From positions 65,844 to 129,843 of the forward strand of contig DATEZQ010000003.1 of assembly GCA_035583355.1 (NCBI GenBank): a stretch of DNA of 64,000 bases. The letters run 5' to 3'. Made by a program: the position numbers and the translations under genes. The stretch is from Minisyncoccota bacterium (GTDB lineage Bacteria; Patescibacteriota; Minisyncoccia; Phycocordibacterales; UBA6899). Within the stretch, counting starts at the first letter, position 1; each line of letters opens with the position of its first letter. Shown one piece after another: positions 26,007-35,456 of this stretch. Below the pieces are notes generated by a model. That model saw only the letters and a program-made list of their open reading frames with translations, had not been told where the DNA came from and ran no database searches.

Positions 26007-26744
26007 ATGAAAACATTTTGGATGGCCTTTGTTTATAAGCCGATCTATAACGCATTTTTCTTCCTTTTATGGCTTACACCTGGGCATTACGTTGGTATTG
26101 CCATTATTGCGCTTACCCTACTTGTACGTTTCGCTATTTATCCGCTTACGCTGAAATCTATTAAAGCGCAGCGCGCAATGAAGGAGCTTGATCCGAAAAT
26201 TAAAGCTCTAAAAGAGAAGCATAAGGATGATAAAACTGCGCAGTCGATGGCAATGATGGAGCTCTACAAGCAAGAGAATGTTTCGCCAATGAGTGGGTGT
26301 TTGCCTCTCTTGATTCAGATCCCTATTATTTCTACTCTCTTTTTCGTGCTTAAGGGTATAGCGGTGGTTAACACCGACCTTATCTACAGTTTTACGCCGC
26401 ATGTTGCTCAGCCAAACTTGTATTTCCTCGGACTTGATCTTGCGGGAACAAGTATTATCCTTGCACTCCTTGTTGGACTCACCCAGTTTTACTCCACACA
26501 CCTTTCAATGGGTGTAAAAGCAGTAAAAGCACCACTTGCTGCGGGAGAAAAACCCTCATTTGCAGATGACTTTCAAGATTCAATGCAGATGAATATGCGC
26601 TATTTCCTTCCTGCACTCCTTGCTTTTACAGCATATAAACTCTCGGCTGCAGTTGCGTTATATTGGGTAACGAGTAATATGTTTACTATCGGACAGGAGC
26701 TTCTCGTAAAATATAAGAGCGAGAAGAAGGTTAAAGGAAGCTAA
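26007..26744 (+). CDS. yidC: Membrane protein insertase YidC/Oxa1 family (short form)
   Basis: FAIYPLTLKSIKAQRAMKELDPKIKALKEKHKDDK..MELYKQENVSPMSGCLPLLIQIPI matches the YidC core. Confidence 0.85.
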   Translation: MKTFWMAFVYKPIYNAFFFLLWLTPGHYVGIAIIALTLLVRFAIYPLTLKSIKAQRAMKELDPKIKALKEKHKDDKTAQSMAMMELYKQENVSPMSGCLPLLIQIPIISTLFFVLKGIAVVNTDLIYSFTPHVAQPNLYFLGLDLAGTSIILALLVGLTQFYSTHLSMGVKAVKAPLAAGEKPSFADDFQDSMQMNMRYFLPALLAFTAYKLSAAVALYWVTSNMFTIGQELLVKYKSEKKVKGS

Positions 26745-26754
26745 TTCTACTCAT

Positions 26755-27225
26755 ATGGAGCAAACCATGAATACAATTATTCGCACGATGATCGAAAAGA
26801 TGGGTGCAACTGTGACGGAAGTTCGTGAAGAACATGATGTTACTGGTGGTGTGATTTATCACGTCGATACTCCAAACAGTGCGGTGCTTATCGGTCCTGA
26901 TGGCGAAACTCTTAAGGCTATCAACTTTCTTGCAAAGCGTATTGCTGAATATAAAGAACTTCCAACAACATTCCATGTTGATATTGGAGGATACGAAGAG
27001 GCTCGTCGCAAGAAGATTGCAACTGTTGCAAAAATTTATGCAGAACGTGCGCGCTACTTTAAGGCATCAGTTCCTATGGAGCCGATGAATCCTTATGATC
27101 GTCTTATTGTACATGCCACATTGCAGGAAATTTCAGATGTGACTACTTCGTCGGAAGGAGTTGGTCTCAATCGTCATGTTGTTGTATTCTATAAAGCTCC
27201 GGAAACTGAAACCGGTTTCAATTAA
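26755..27225 (+). CDS. jag: Jag-like KH/R3H RNA-binding protein
   Basis: Sits directly after yidC. KH-like GPDGETLKAINFL and R3H-like YDRLIVHATL motifs. Confidence 0.7.
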   Translation: MEQTMNTIIRTMIEKMGATVTEVREEHDVTGGVIYHVDTPNSAVLIGPDGETLKAINFLAKRIAEYKELPTTFHVDIGGYEEARRKKIATVAKIYAERARYFKASVPMEPMNPYDRLIVHATLQEISDVTTSSEGVGLNRHVVVFYKAPETETGFN

Positions 27226-27250
27226 AAAACACAGCAAAGCTGTGTTTTTT
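27224..27250. terminator. Bidirectional rho-independent terminator (aaaaacacagc-aaa-gctgtgttttt)
   Basis: Perfect 11-bp stem between the convergent jag and the 27253..28668 gene. Confidence 0.7.
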
Positions 27251-27252
27251 AA

Positions 27253-28668
27253 TTAATATAGTGGAAAACCTTGATCGGATGCTTCTGTTTTAGGAAGTAC
27301 AGGTGCCTTTATTCCTTCACAAAGTAGTTGCCCAGATACATAACCACCATTTTTGCTCGTGTTCTTAATACAACGATCATCGAGTTCCGTTTTTCCATCT
27401 GAAGCAATCTTATTGCACCACCACCAACCTGGAGTTTGATTACCATTCATACAGATATGGAAGTGAGCGCCCGTATAGTGTGCAGATGCACCTGGTGTGC
27501 TCTCGTCAGTGTACCAAACATCATCATAGAGGTAACGTACATTGTTAGAGAATGAACGAGAAATGTATTCTGCTTTTGTCTTCAAGAAGAGGTCAAGATC
27601 TGGGGTTTTATTGATGTCCATCACATCAGGGTGGTTTGGTCCATGAGTGTTGTGTCCAGGCTCTGTTCCCCCATTGACGAGTACTGGGCAGCTCCACTTA
27701 TTTGACTCAGTACAGTTATCTTGTTTTGTAAACTGTCTTCCGAGGTTAATAAGTTTGTTAAGGATTTCATCATTAAGTCCTGCGAGGTTGGTGCATGAGG
27801 TAGCAACAGCGTTTGGACAAGATGGTTTATTTGTGAAAATATGCTGGCTTGCGAGTCTTTCTCTAGCATCTTGTTCCGCGAATGACATTGCGGCGCCAAA
27901 AATTTGAGAGCACTCTTTTGTTTCAATTTTTAACTCCTTTGGTTCCGGTGCATCCTTAAGTGCCTTAAGTGTGTCTTCACAACTTCTCTGATCACCGAAT
28001 GGTCCCCTCCAAAAATAATGCTTTTCAGTTGAGGTAAGGAAATACCAGCCCTTACCGTTAATACCCTCTCGTATTACGCGCGGGTTTGCTATTGTTCCAT
28101 CGGCATTTAAGATAGGGCTTCCATCGGGATTTACTGGTGCTCCTGTTGCAGCATCAAAGAGCTGTAGCTTGAATTTTGCTTGCGCAGTAGAGGAGGCAAT
28201 AAGAAGATTCTCAGTGACTAATTTAGGGTTTAGTGTGTTAAGGAAAATCCAAGATCCTGCAATAAGTCCAAGCCCCCCAACAATTGCAATCATTTCACTG
28301 CGTACTTTTGAGAATGCGTTTACTTTTTCTGCACTTGTGATGATAGTGAAGCCTACCATGACAAGTCGGACGACACCGATCACTCCTCCGATACCAATAA
28401 GGAAGCGTACCCATTTCTTCAGATAGTCCGATAGTGCATTATCGTCACGCAGGTCCACTGTGCCACTGAAGTATCCCGTGAGGGGTGCGATATACGTATA
28501 GCGACCGTTTGCCTCATCAATTTGCTCCTGAGGTGTTCCGGGATCAGAAGTCACCTGTGTCGGTGTTCCTGGTGCACCCTGAGCATGAACTACTAGTGGT
28601 GCAAGAATGGGGATGCTCAAGGTAAACAGGAGAAGTGTTGCCGCAGAAAGTTTTTTTAATATTTTCAT
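27253..28668 (-). CDS. Secreted or membrane protein: signal peptide, two TM helices (pilin or VirB2-like hydrophobic hairpin) and a Cys- and His-rich C-terminal domain
   Basis: Signal MKILKKLSAATLLLFTLSIPILAPLVVHA. TM segments LIGIGGVIGVVRLVMVGFTIITSA and IAIVGGLGLIAGSWIFL. C-terminal domain with at least 12 Cys and HNTHGPNHPD and HYTGAHFH motifs. Confidence 0.55.
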   Translation of the reverse strand: MKILKKLSAATLLLFTLSIPILAPLVVHAQGAPGTPTQVTSDPGTPQEQIDEANGRYTYIAPLTGYFSGTVDLRDDNALSDYLKKWVRFLIGIGGVIGVVRLVMVGFTIITSAEKVNAFSKVRSEMIAIVGGLGLIAGSWIFLNTLNPKLVTENLLIASSTAQAKFKLQLFDAATGAPVNPDGSPILNADGTIANPRVIREGINGKGWYFLTSTEKHYFWRGPFGDQRSCEDTLKALKDAPEPKELKIETKECSQIFGAAMSFAEQDARERLASQHIFTNKPSCPNAVATSCTNLAGLNDEILNKLINLGRQFTKQDNCTESNKWSCPVLVNGGTEPGHNTHGPNHPDVMDINKTPDLDLFLKTKAEYISRSFSNNVRYLYDDVWYTDESTPGASAHYTGAHFHICMNGNQTPGWWWCNKIASDGKTELDDRCIKNTSKNGGYVSGQLLCEGIKAPVLPKTEASDQGFPLY

Positions 28669-28670
28669 AA

Positions 28671-29978
28671 CTATTCGGTTATTGTTGTTTCTGCTCCTGT
28701 TTCACTACTGGTTTGGACTGCTGTGCCATTAAGTTTATACATCCAAAGGTGATCGTTTGTTCTATTTTTGAAATATACAGCCGTTTGTGTTGGAAGTAAT
28801 GAAACCATGTCGATAGAAGTCTTGAAGTTTACTGGATTGACAAGGAATTTCTCCGTGTGTGTAGGGAGGTTGTAGAGCCATAGACTATCTGATGATTGAG
28901 TAATTCCTTTATACCAATCATCAGGAGTATTTTGGTAGACAATATCTGATGCCCCGCAATAGAGTATCGTTGTGTCACTCGTCCATGCACATTTTTCTGC
29001 AATTGCCGCGAATGGGAGAATGGTTGGATCACGTGATGAGTCTGGTGTCGACTCTCTTATTTCCGCAGTGAATTGATCCCCGAAGAGTGCTGCTGAGTAT
29101 GCGACATCCCCCTCAGGTGAAAGAAGAGTTGTTTGACCAGTGTTTGCTTTTACACTCAGGACTAACCCGCCTTTTTCGATACGATATGTGCCACTTTTCG
29201 CATATCGAGAAGCTTTTGCAGAAAGATAGACTGTACCATTATTTGTTATGGCAGGAATCCACTCCGTGAGCGGGAGTGTTGCCTGGCGTACGAGTTTTTG
29301 TGTAGCAACGTCAAGCACGTCAATGTTTGCGCCAAGCGGGTCTTTAATTACAAGTACTACTTTTTGTTTATTTGGGCTTGCTGCATACTCAAGTATGTTA
29401 TCTGCAAGCGCTATTGGTCCATTAAGTGTTAAAGGGTACTCGTTTCCCTGCTGCTCGACGATTGTATATAACCTAGTCTTAATGGTGTCACGATTATCAA
29501 GTGAACGAAGAATGAGGCTTGCATCGCTCAAGAAGATTCCGTCGTGTACTTGGAGGATTGGTTGATCGCTCATTACTTTTGCAACACCAGTATTTATGTT
29601 GATTTCAACAAGACGCCCTTTTGCTCTGTCAAACCCGCGAATCGTATATCCGTTTGGGAGTATGGTATATCCTGCAAGGGGACCGTTGTATATTTCAATT
29701 AGTTTTGGGGCTTCAACTCCAACACCAGATCCACTACCCTGCGTGGGTGATTCCCCTTTTGGTATATCGGAAGCACCTTGTTCAATTACATTTCCACCAA
29801 TTGGGAAAGTTCCTCCTTCGGGCGCCACTTTTCCTTTTGTGAGAAATATATAGAGGAAATAGATTCCACCAAGTACAAGAAGGATAAGAATACTCAGTAG
29901 TAAAATATTACGTATTTTTTTCTTACGTATATCTTGCTCACTTGGAGCCTGGTTTAATTGTGGTGTAATGTCATCCAT
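28671..29978 (-). CDS. Membrane-anchored protein with a predicted beta-propeller-like periplasmic domain
   Basis: N-terminal TM ILLLSILILLVLGGIYFLYIFL followed by a repetitive beta-rich sequence. No catalytic motifs recognised. Confidence 0.5.
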   Translation of the reverse strand: MDDITPQLNQAPSEQDIRKKKIRNILLLSILILLVLGGIYFLYIFLTKGKVAPEGGTFPIGGNVIEQGASDIPKGESPTQGSGSGVGVEAPKLIEIYNGPLAGYTILPNGYTIRGFDRAKGRLVEININTGVAKVMSDQPILQVHDGIFLSDASLILRSLDNRDTIKTRLYTIVEQQGNEYPLTLNGPIALADNILEYAASPNKQKVVLVIKDPLGANIDVLDVATQKLVRQATLPLTEWIPAITNNGTVYLSAKASRYAKSGTYRIEKGGLVLSVKANTGQTTLLSPEGDVAYSAALFGDQFTAEIRESTPDSSRDPTILPFAAIAEKCAWTSDTTILYCGASDIVYQNTPDDWYKGITQSSDSLWLYNLPTHTEKFLVNPVNFKTSIDMVSLLPTQTAVYFKNRTNDHLWMYKLNGTAVQTSSETGAETTITE

Positions 29979-29981
29979 AAA

Positions 29982-30941
29982 TTAGTTTTCTGAGAATATC
30001 CAAGCAAATGCACCTTTTGCGAGCTGCATCACGTTGACTGTGTTTTGTGCAGTGTAGTTTATTGAAATTTTACCTGATGTTTTTTTGTCTTCTGACCGCG
30101 AGAGTGTTACTCGTTCAAATGCGCGTCCGAAGCCCTCTTGGATATTCTTGCCTCCCGCTTCCCAGTTATATTGTATTTCCCCTCGATCTCGTTCACTGAG
30201 TGCGACACCATAGGGTACTGCGAGCACTGAAAGTTCTACCCCGTTGTTTTTTACTTGTCCCTGTAACGTAGACTGCGTGCGGACCCCTTCGAGTGGAGAG
30301 ATTTCATAGAAAAGCGCTGAGGGAACATATGAAGTGATGCGTATGTTCTCGGATATGGTCAATTCTCCTAGTTTCGCTTCAACAGTGATGGGTGTCGCAG
30401 TTTTTTCCCAAGCGCCAAGGAACTGGGCACTTGTACGATTCACACCCTTTGCAAGTGTAATAGTACTATCTTTTTTCCAATTGAATTCCGGAAATACTCC
30501 TGTGTTGTTTTGTCCGAAAAATGGAACAGCATAGGTGCGCACAATGCTTTCATGAGAAGGAAGTGCTTTGCCGTGAAAAAATGGCGGAACACTCGTTTGC
30601 GCCTCCCAGAGTACATCAATGATCGCAGGTGTGAGTGTGAGCGCTTCTTTGTAGGCCCTATCACCTACAGTGATTGCTGCCGTCACGTTGATGGGAACAC
30701 CAACAGGGCCGAGTGTGACCGTTTGGGAGGTACGACCAAGTCCTTCGCCGAGAAGTTGTCCATTCACAGACCAAATAATCTGTGCGCCCCCAAGATCAAC
30801 AAAAGATGAAGCAGCGCGTACGGTTATTGTTTGGTTTGGCGCAAGATTGCCTTCACTCGTGAGATTGATGACACCCCGGGCGAAAACAGCGCTTGGAGCG
30901 AGGAGGCCGATAGTGAGTATTGTGAGAAATATGTTTTTCAT
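29982..30941 (-). CDS. Secreted hypothetical protein (320 aa). The ORF track extends to 31091; the likely start is the internal MKNIFLTILTIGLL
   Basis: A signal peptide appears only from the internal Met. The adjusted start removes the overlap with the upstream gene. Confidence 0.5.
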   Translation of the reverse strand: MKNIFLTILTIGLLAPSAVFARGVINLTSEGNLAPNQTITVRAASSFVDLGGAQIIWSVNGQLLGEGLGRTSQTVTLGPVGVPINVTAAITVGDRAYKEALTLTPAIIDVLWEAQTSVPPFFHGKALPSHESIVRTYAVPFFGQNNTGVFPEFNWKKDSTITLAKGVNRTSAQFLGAWEKTATPITVEAKLGELTISENIRITSYVPSALFYEISPLEGVRTQSTLQGQVKNNGVELSVLAVPYGVALSERDRGEIQYNWEAGGKNIQEGFGRAFERVTLSRSEDKKTSGKISINYTAQNTVNVMQLAKGAFAWIFSEN

Positions 30942-30948
30942 ATGTATA

Positions 30949-31782
30949 TTATGCAGCTTGTTTGAGTGGGGGCGATTTTGATTCCATGCTGTTTCTTGGA
31001 GTGAATGCAATAACGTTCCGTGTTGCGCGCTGAGCATTTGCAAGTGATGCACTTTCTCCAGCGAGCATTCTTTGGCGAGCAATGGCTGCATCCTGCTCGC
31101 TCTGCCACACTGCTTCTTGTTCTTCGAGTGCCTCTATTGCTTTTTGTTTTGCTTCTTTATTTGCAAGAATGCGTACAATAATGAATGATACCGTTCCTGC
31201 AGGAAGGAATCCTGCAATAGGAAGAAATTCAATAATTGTAGAAACTGATTGGGTCATCACCTTCTGCTTGTTCATTGGAACACCATTCACATATAAGTAC
31301 AATTGAGTGCTTGCAAGTACGAGCAGGTCAAGCATTGTGCTAATACACCACACGATAATACCAAGAATGATTGTAAGGTCTGCAAAGAGTTCAATAATTT
31401 CGATGATAATATCAAGAACGTCTTTTGCGATAACAAGCAAGAGGACTCCATAGAAGCCAGGACCAGACATTGGTTTTTTATAACTGAAGTTCTCGCGTGC
31501 CTTTCGCATCATTTGCTCACGCTCCCTTATCTCGTGCCCGATCCTTGTCTGCTCGCGGTAGTTTTCTCGTTGCCCTATATCAATGTTCAGACTCTGTTGC
31601 GCAAGCATTGCCCCTCTTGTGTCGGCAATGACACCCGCAGTCTTTGGCGAGACTTGTACCGACTTCCGAGCGGTAAGCCGCTTTCCCGCAAGGTCACTGG
31701 TATTCAGTTTAGCTCCTACGGGTTGTGCCATAGTCATATTATACAGCATATTTTCACGAGTTGCCCACATATTTAAGATCAA
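30949..31782 (-). CDS. Hypothetical integral membrane protein (central TM cluster, C-terminal coiled-coil-like tail)
   Basis: Hydrophobic stretches GFYGVLLLVIAKDVLDIIIEII, LTIILGIIVWCISTMLDLLVL and IIEFLPIAGFLPAGTVSFIIVRIL. Directly downstream of VirB4. Confidence 0.5.
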   Translation of the reverse strand: MILNMWATRENMLYNMTMAQPVGAKLNTSDLAGKRLTARKSVQVSPKTAGVIADTRGAMLAQQSLNIDIGQRENYREQTRIGHEIREREQMMRKARENFSYKKPMSGPGFYGVLLLVIAKDVLDIIIEIIELFADLTIILGIIVWCISTMLDLLVLASTQLYLYVNGVPMNKQKVMTQSVSTIIEFLPIAGFLPAGTVSFIIVRILANKEAKQKAIEALEEQEAVWQSEQDAAIARQRMLAGESASLANAQRATRNVIAFTPRNSMESKSPPLKQAA

Positions 31783-31803
31783 AAAACAACACCTCGTGTT
31801 GTT

Positions 31804-33567
31804 TTAAGTTCCGCTAATTTGTGCTTTTGCGCGCTTGATGGCGAGCATTTGTGCGGGGTCTGACGATACGATTTGGTCCTCAGTATATGATGCATATACC
31901 TTCATTGCTACATGCTTAAGACCTGCAAAGAAGATGCCTTCTCCAACTCCCGATTCTAGGAGAAGATATTTCTCTTCGTCGGTAAGGTGAAATGCACTCT
32001 GTACAGTATCAATGGTCATTGGTGACTGTTTGAGGAGAATCTGGATCGATGAATTTGTGAGAATGGGTAGTCCGTAAGGTGACTTTAGGAAGTCATTGAC
32101 GTCTTGGGTGATTGTTGCAATACCAAGGTAGTATTTACGCCCTCGCTTTGCAAGACCGAAGAGGAAGGATGCAGTATCTTCTGATTTCATCATGATCCAT
32201 GCCTCATCAACAATAAGCAATCGCTTGCGAAGTTCTTTGCGCACTGCGGTCCAAATATGGTGCGTAATGATGTGCATTGCGACCGTCTTAAGCTCGTCCT
32301 CCATGTTTCGGATCGAGAAGACGGTAAAGCGCTTTGTGATGTCGACGTTTGTTGGCTGATTAAGGAAGCCAGACCATGTACCACGAGTGAATTTCTCCAT
32401 GCGTTGGAGCAGGTTTTCGGTACCCTCCATCCCTGAAAGTACCATCTCGAGGTCGGTTAAGAGCGGTGGCTCAATCTCTGCCCACTGTGAATTCTCATTT
32501 ATATCCTTCATCGCATAGGTCTCCGAAATCGCGCGATCCATGATTCCATCTTCAACAGGAGAAAGACCTCCAAGCATAACTCGGAAAAGTCCGATAAGGA
32601 AAATGATATTTGAGCGAAGTACGTCACCAAATGATTCATCCTCTCCAGGCATAGGAAGGTCAAACGGGTTGATGTGGTGCTCTGAGGTGAGTGAGATGTT
32701 GAAGTAGCGTCCTCCGGTTGCTTCTGCAAGATAGAGATATTCTTGCTCTGGGTCGATGACGATGACATCAGCATCGAACATCAGTGTACGGATGACTTCA
32801 AGCTTTGTGGTGTATGATTTTCCTGATCCTGAACTTGCGAACATGACCGAGTTGTAGTTTGGCATCGAGAAACGGTCAAATAGGACAAGTGATGCATTGT
32901 GTCGATTGATCCCCCATAGAATTCCTTTGTCTGAGGTTAGGTCAAATGAAACAAATGGGAAGATCGAAGATAATGGTGCCGAGTTGAGCTTGTAGTGTAC
33001 TTCAAGTTCATCAGTTGCAATAGGAAGCACCGAACGGAACCCCTCTTCTTGCTGGAAGATGGTTGGTTTCACATAGACCATTTTTGCATCGAGGATAGAC
33101 TTCACTTCGCCTTCAACACGATCGAGATCCGCTTTGTCATTGGCATAAATGGTGATATATAGGCCGACATCAAATAGTTTTTCTGATGCTTGCTGGAGTC
33201 CATCACGCAAATCCTCGAGATCTTGATATGCAGTATCGAGCATAGGATCACGTACGAGACCTTTTGATTCTCGGTCTGATATCTGACTCTGTACCTCAGC
33301 AACTTTCTTTTGGAATGCATGAAGCGCCTCCTCCGTTGAGATAGGGTGAATATGAATCGAGATGTCGAATGCTTTGTCGAGATTAATAATTGGTGTGAAC
33401 CAGTCTTGGGTGAGATTGCGCGGGTACGAGATGACGAACATTGTACGCGCCATTTTTGATCCAATGTAGAGTTCGTTTGGGGTGATCTTGACTGCAGCGG
33501 GTGCGAGAATATCCTTGAGTGAGGCATCACTTGAGCCAAGAGCATCCTGGGAGAGCATGTTTTCCAT
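31804..33567 (-). CDS. virB4: VirB4/TrbE/PrgJ-family type IV secretion ATPase, C-terminal ATPase part (587 aa)
   Basis: Walker A FASSGSGKSYTTK, Walker B RLLIVDEAWIMMK, and YPRNL...W region typical of VirB4. Confidence 0.8.
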   Translation of the reverse strand: MENMLSQDALGSSDASLKDILAPAAVKITPNELYIGSKMARTMFVISYPRNLTQDWFTPIINLDKAFDISIHIHPISTEEALHAFQKKVAEVQSQISDRESKGLVRDPMLDTAYQDLEDLRDGLQQASEKLFDVGLYITIYANDKADLDRVEGEVKSILDAKMVYVKPTIFQQEEGFRSVLPIATDELEVHYKLNSAPLSSIFPFVSFDLTSDKGILWGINRHNASLVLFDRFSMPNYNSVMFASSGSGKSYTTKLEVIRTLMFDADVIVIDPEQEYLYLAEATGGRYFNISLTSEHHINPFDLPMPGEDESFGDVLRSNIIFLIGLFRVMLGGLSPVEDGIMDRAISETYAMKDINENSQWAEIEPPLLTDLEMVLSGMEGTENLLQRMEKFTRGTWSGFLNQPTNVDITKRFTVFSIRNMEDELKTVAMHIITHHIWTAVRKELRKRLLIVDEAWIMMKSEDTASFLFGLAKRGRKYYLGIATITQDVNDFLKSPYGLPILTNSSIQILLKQSPMTIDTVQSAFHLTDEEKYLLLESGVGEGIFFAGLKHVAMKVYASYTEDQIVSSDPAQMLAIKRAKAQISGT

Positions 33568-33577
33568 AGTATGTATG

Positions 33578-34189
33578 TTATTTTACAACCGCTGTTTCAA
33601 GTTCTCCGGGGTTGAATTTTTTATAAAAGATCTCGGTCACCTCTTCTGTTCCAAGCGGTGCGGTGCGAATATCACAACCCGAAAGACCTTGCTGGACTAC
33701 TGCGACGCGTTGTTCGAGCTGCATGCGTGCTTCTTCAAATGAACGTGCTGAGTCCACAGGTATTGCTCCACTTGCATTCCCTTTTGCGTCCTTCTTTACA
33801 CTTGATGCAAAAGGAACCACAACGAAGAAGCTCTTCGACATGATATTCGTACGATTAGTAAAATCGCGAATGAACGCAATATACTCATGCACTTGGATTT
33901 TCATTGCGTCGACAAGTTGCGCCTTTTCACGCTCCTCAAGGAGTCTTAGGTAGGGACGAATATCAAGACGTTTACTTTGAACAACGATTTGTATCGAGAA
34001 GTCGAGACTATTGAGAAAGTTTTGAAATTGGCCGAGAAGCGCAGTCTGTTCATCTGCGGATTTAAGTCCAAAATTAAGAGTTGAGGTGATGAGAATACGA
34101 CGAAGCTCGCCATTTTCAAGCACGATAATACCATCGCGAATTTCGCGAATAGGAACAAAGTTTTGTGCTGGTTTTCCTGGAACTGCCAT
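33578..34189 (-). CDS. virB4: VirB4 N-terminal domain encoded as a separate ORF (frame differs from the downstream ATPase ORF; 10-nt gap). The start is likely MAVPGK (the ORF track extends to 34270)
   Basis: IREIRDGIIVLENGELRRILITSTLNFGLKSADEQ...FQNFLNSLDFSIQIVVQSKR matches the VirB4/TraC N-terminal domain. The combined length 230 + 587 aa equals a typical single VirB4. Confidence 0.6.
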   Translation of the reverse strand: MAVPGKPAQNFVPIREIRDGIIVLENGELRRILITSTLNFGLKSADEQTALLGQFQNFLNSLDFSIQIVVQSKRLDIRPYLRLLEEREKAQLVDAMKIQVHEYIAFIRDFTNRTNIMSKSFFVVVPFASSVKKDAKGNASGAIPVDSARSFEEARMQLEQRVAVVQQGLSGCDIRTAPLGTEEVTEIFYKKFNPGELETAVVK

Positions 34190-34259
34190 ACGAATATTAT
34201 AACATGCCCTCTGGGCGCCTAATAAAAACATACCCCTTGCAAGTGAAGGGGTATGTTTT

Positions 34260-34667
34260 TTACATATCAACTTTCCAGTTCAGTTCACCTAGTCTGCTTG
34301 AGCTTGGGGCAGAGGCCTCGGCTGCAGTGCTTTTTGTTGTCTTGTAGCGCGACATATCAACAACACGCTTTTTTTCTGCAGTCTTCTTCTGCGGGCGCCA
34401 GATGTAAAGTCTTGGTCTGATGTAGTAGAAGAATGCAGCAGCGACGATATTGATGAATGGGCGATTGTTATATTTGTAGAAAGCGAGTAGCCCACCGAAA
34501 GAAAGTAGCCCAATTGCTACAAGTACCCCTATGGCTGAGACGGGGATCGCAGTATACGCTACATAGGCAAGTGCAACTGTTCCCGCAATATAAAGAAACT
34601 GCTTTAGGGTCAGTGGTCCAACGATCTTGTCTTCAATGTCAATGAATTGTGGTACTTGGAATTGCAT
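34260..34667 (-). CDS. PrgI/VirB3-like small membrane protein
   Basis: 135 aa. IDIEDKIVGPLTLKQFLYIAGTVAL followed by two TM helices and FINIVAAAFFYYIRPRLYIWR, resembling PrgI-family proteins encoded upstream of VirB4 in Gram-positive T4SS. Confidence 0.5.
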   Translation of the reverse strand: MQFQVPQFIDIEDKIVGPLTLKQFLYIAGTVALAYVAYTAIPVSAIGVLVAIGLLSFGGLLAFYKYNNRPFINIVAAAFFYYIRPRLYIWRPQKKTAEKKRVVDMSRYKTTKSTAAEASAPSSSRLGELNWKVDM

Positions 34668-34697
34668 GGAGGTTTACTGCCTTTTTAATGAGGTAGT

Positions 34698-35354
34698 TTA
34701 GATGGGTTCACGATACGCATCTGCGCGCATGTTGCCGAGCTTCGCATTGAGCGGGGATTGGAGGGGTGCCTCGACAAGTGGGTGTGGAACCGGTGCTGCT
34801 GGAGGCTTTGGTGCTGCTTGAGGGAGTGGTACCTGCGCGAAGTGGGTAGTCATCGGAGACGGGACACTTCCTTCAAGAGGAACACTCTCCCTATACTGAA
34901 TCGTTGCAGCAAGTTGTTCTGCTGGGGCCGGGTCTGCAGAGGGTGCGACTGTCATTTCAGGCTCACTCATTAACTGACTTTCTTCAATGATCTGTGTTTG
35001 GCGGGGCTTATGAGGTACTTTAAGCCTACGTGCGATTTTGCTATCCTCGATACGGTGCAGTGATGCGAGTTGTGGCTTTACGGCAGAAAAAATACGCTTA
35101 TTGATCTCTAGGGCGAGATGGAGTGCCTCTTCTTGGTCAAGATAGAGCTCATCCATAAGGAATGGAATAAACTCCTTCGGTTCCATAACCCCAGAGAGGA
35201 CACGAATGGTGGCACGTACAATTTCACCGCGCCAGCCTTCAGGAATCTCAAATTTATCGCTCACTTCGTCGATAACATAAATGACATCATCTGCTTCGAT
35301 GAGGGCACGGAGCTCAACAGGGAGAGCACTCAGTCGCGAGAGTACTGGGTTCAT
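34698..35354 (-). CDS. Hypothetical protein with a Pro/Ala-rich C-terminal tail
   Basis: 218-aa ORF at the head of the minus-strand cluster. No family recognised. Confidence 0.45.
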   Translation of the reverse strand: MNPVLSRLSALPVELRALIEADDVIYVIDEVSDKFEIPEGWRGEIVRATIRVLSGVMEPKEFIPFLMDELYLDQEEALHLALEINKRIFSAVKPQLASLHRIEDSKIARRLKVPHKPRQTQIIEESQLMSEPEMTVAPSADPAPAEQLAATIQYRESVPLEGSVPSPMTTHFAQVPLPQAAPKPPAAPVPHPLVEAPLQSPLNAKLGNMRADAYREPI

Positions 35355-35399
35355 GTGTATATTATAGCAAGAAATACGTTACTATTTGGCCTAAATACA

Positions 35400-35428
35400 T
35401 TGACAAATTGCTTAATATATGGTATATT
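35400..35428 (+). promoter_or_regulatory. Sigma70-type promoter: TTGACA (35400..35405), 17-nt spacer, TATATT (35423..35428), plus a GGAGG RBS 6 nt before the ATG at 35457
   Basis: Read directly. Confidence 0.55.
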
Positions 35429-35456
35429 GTCAAAGGATATTTCCTTGGAGGATTTC

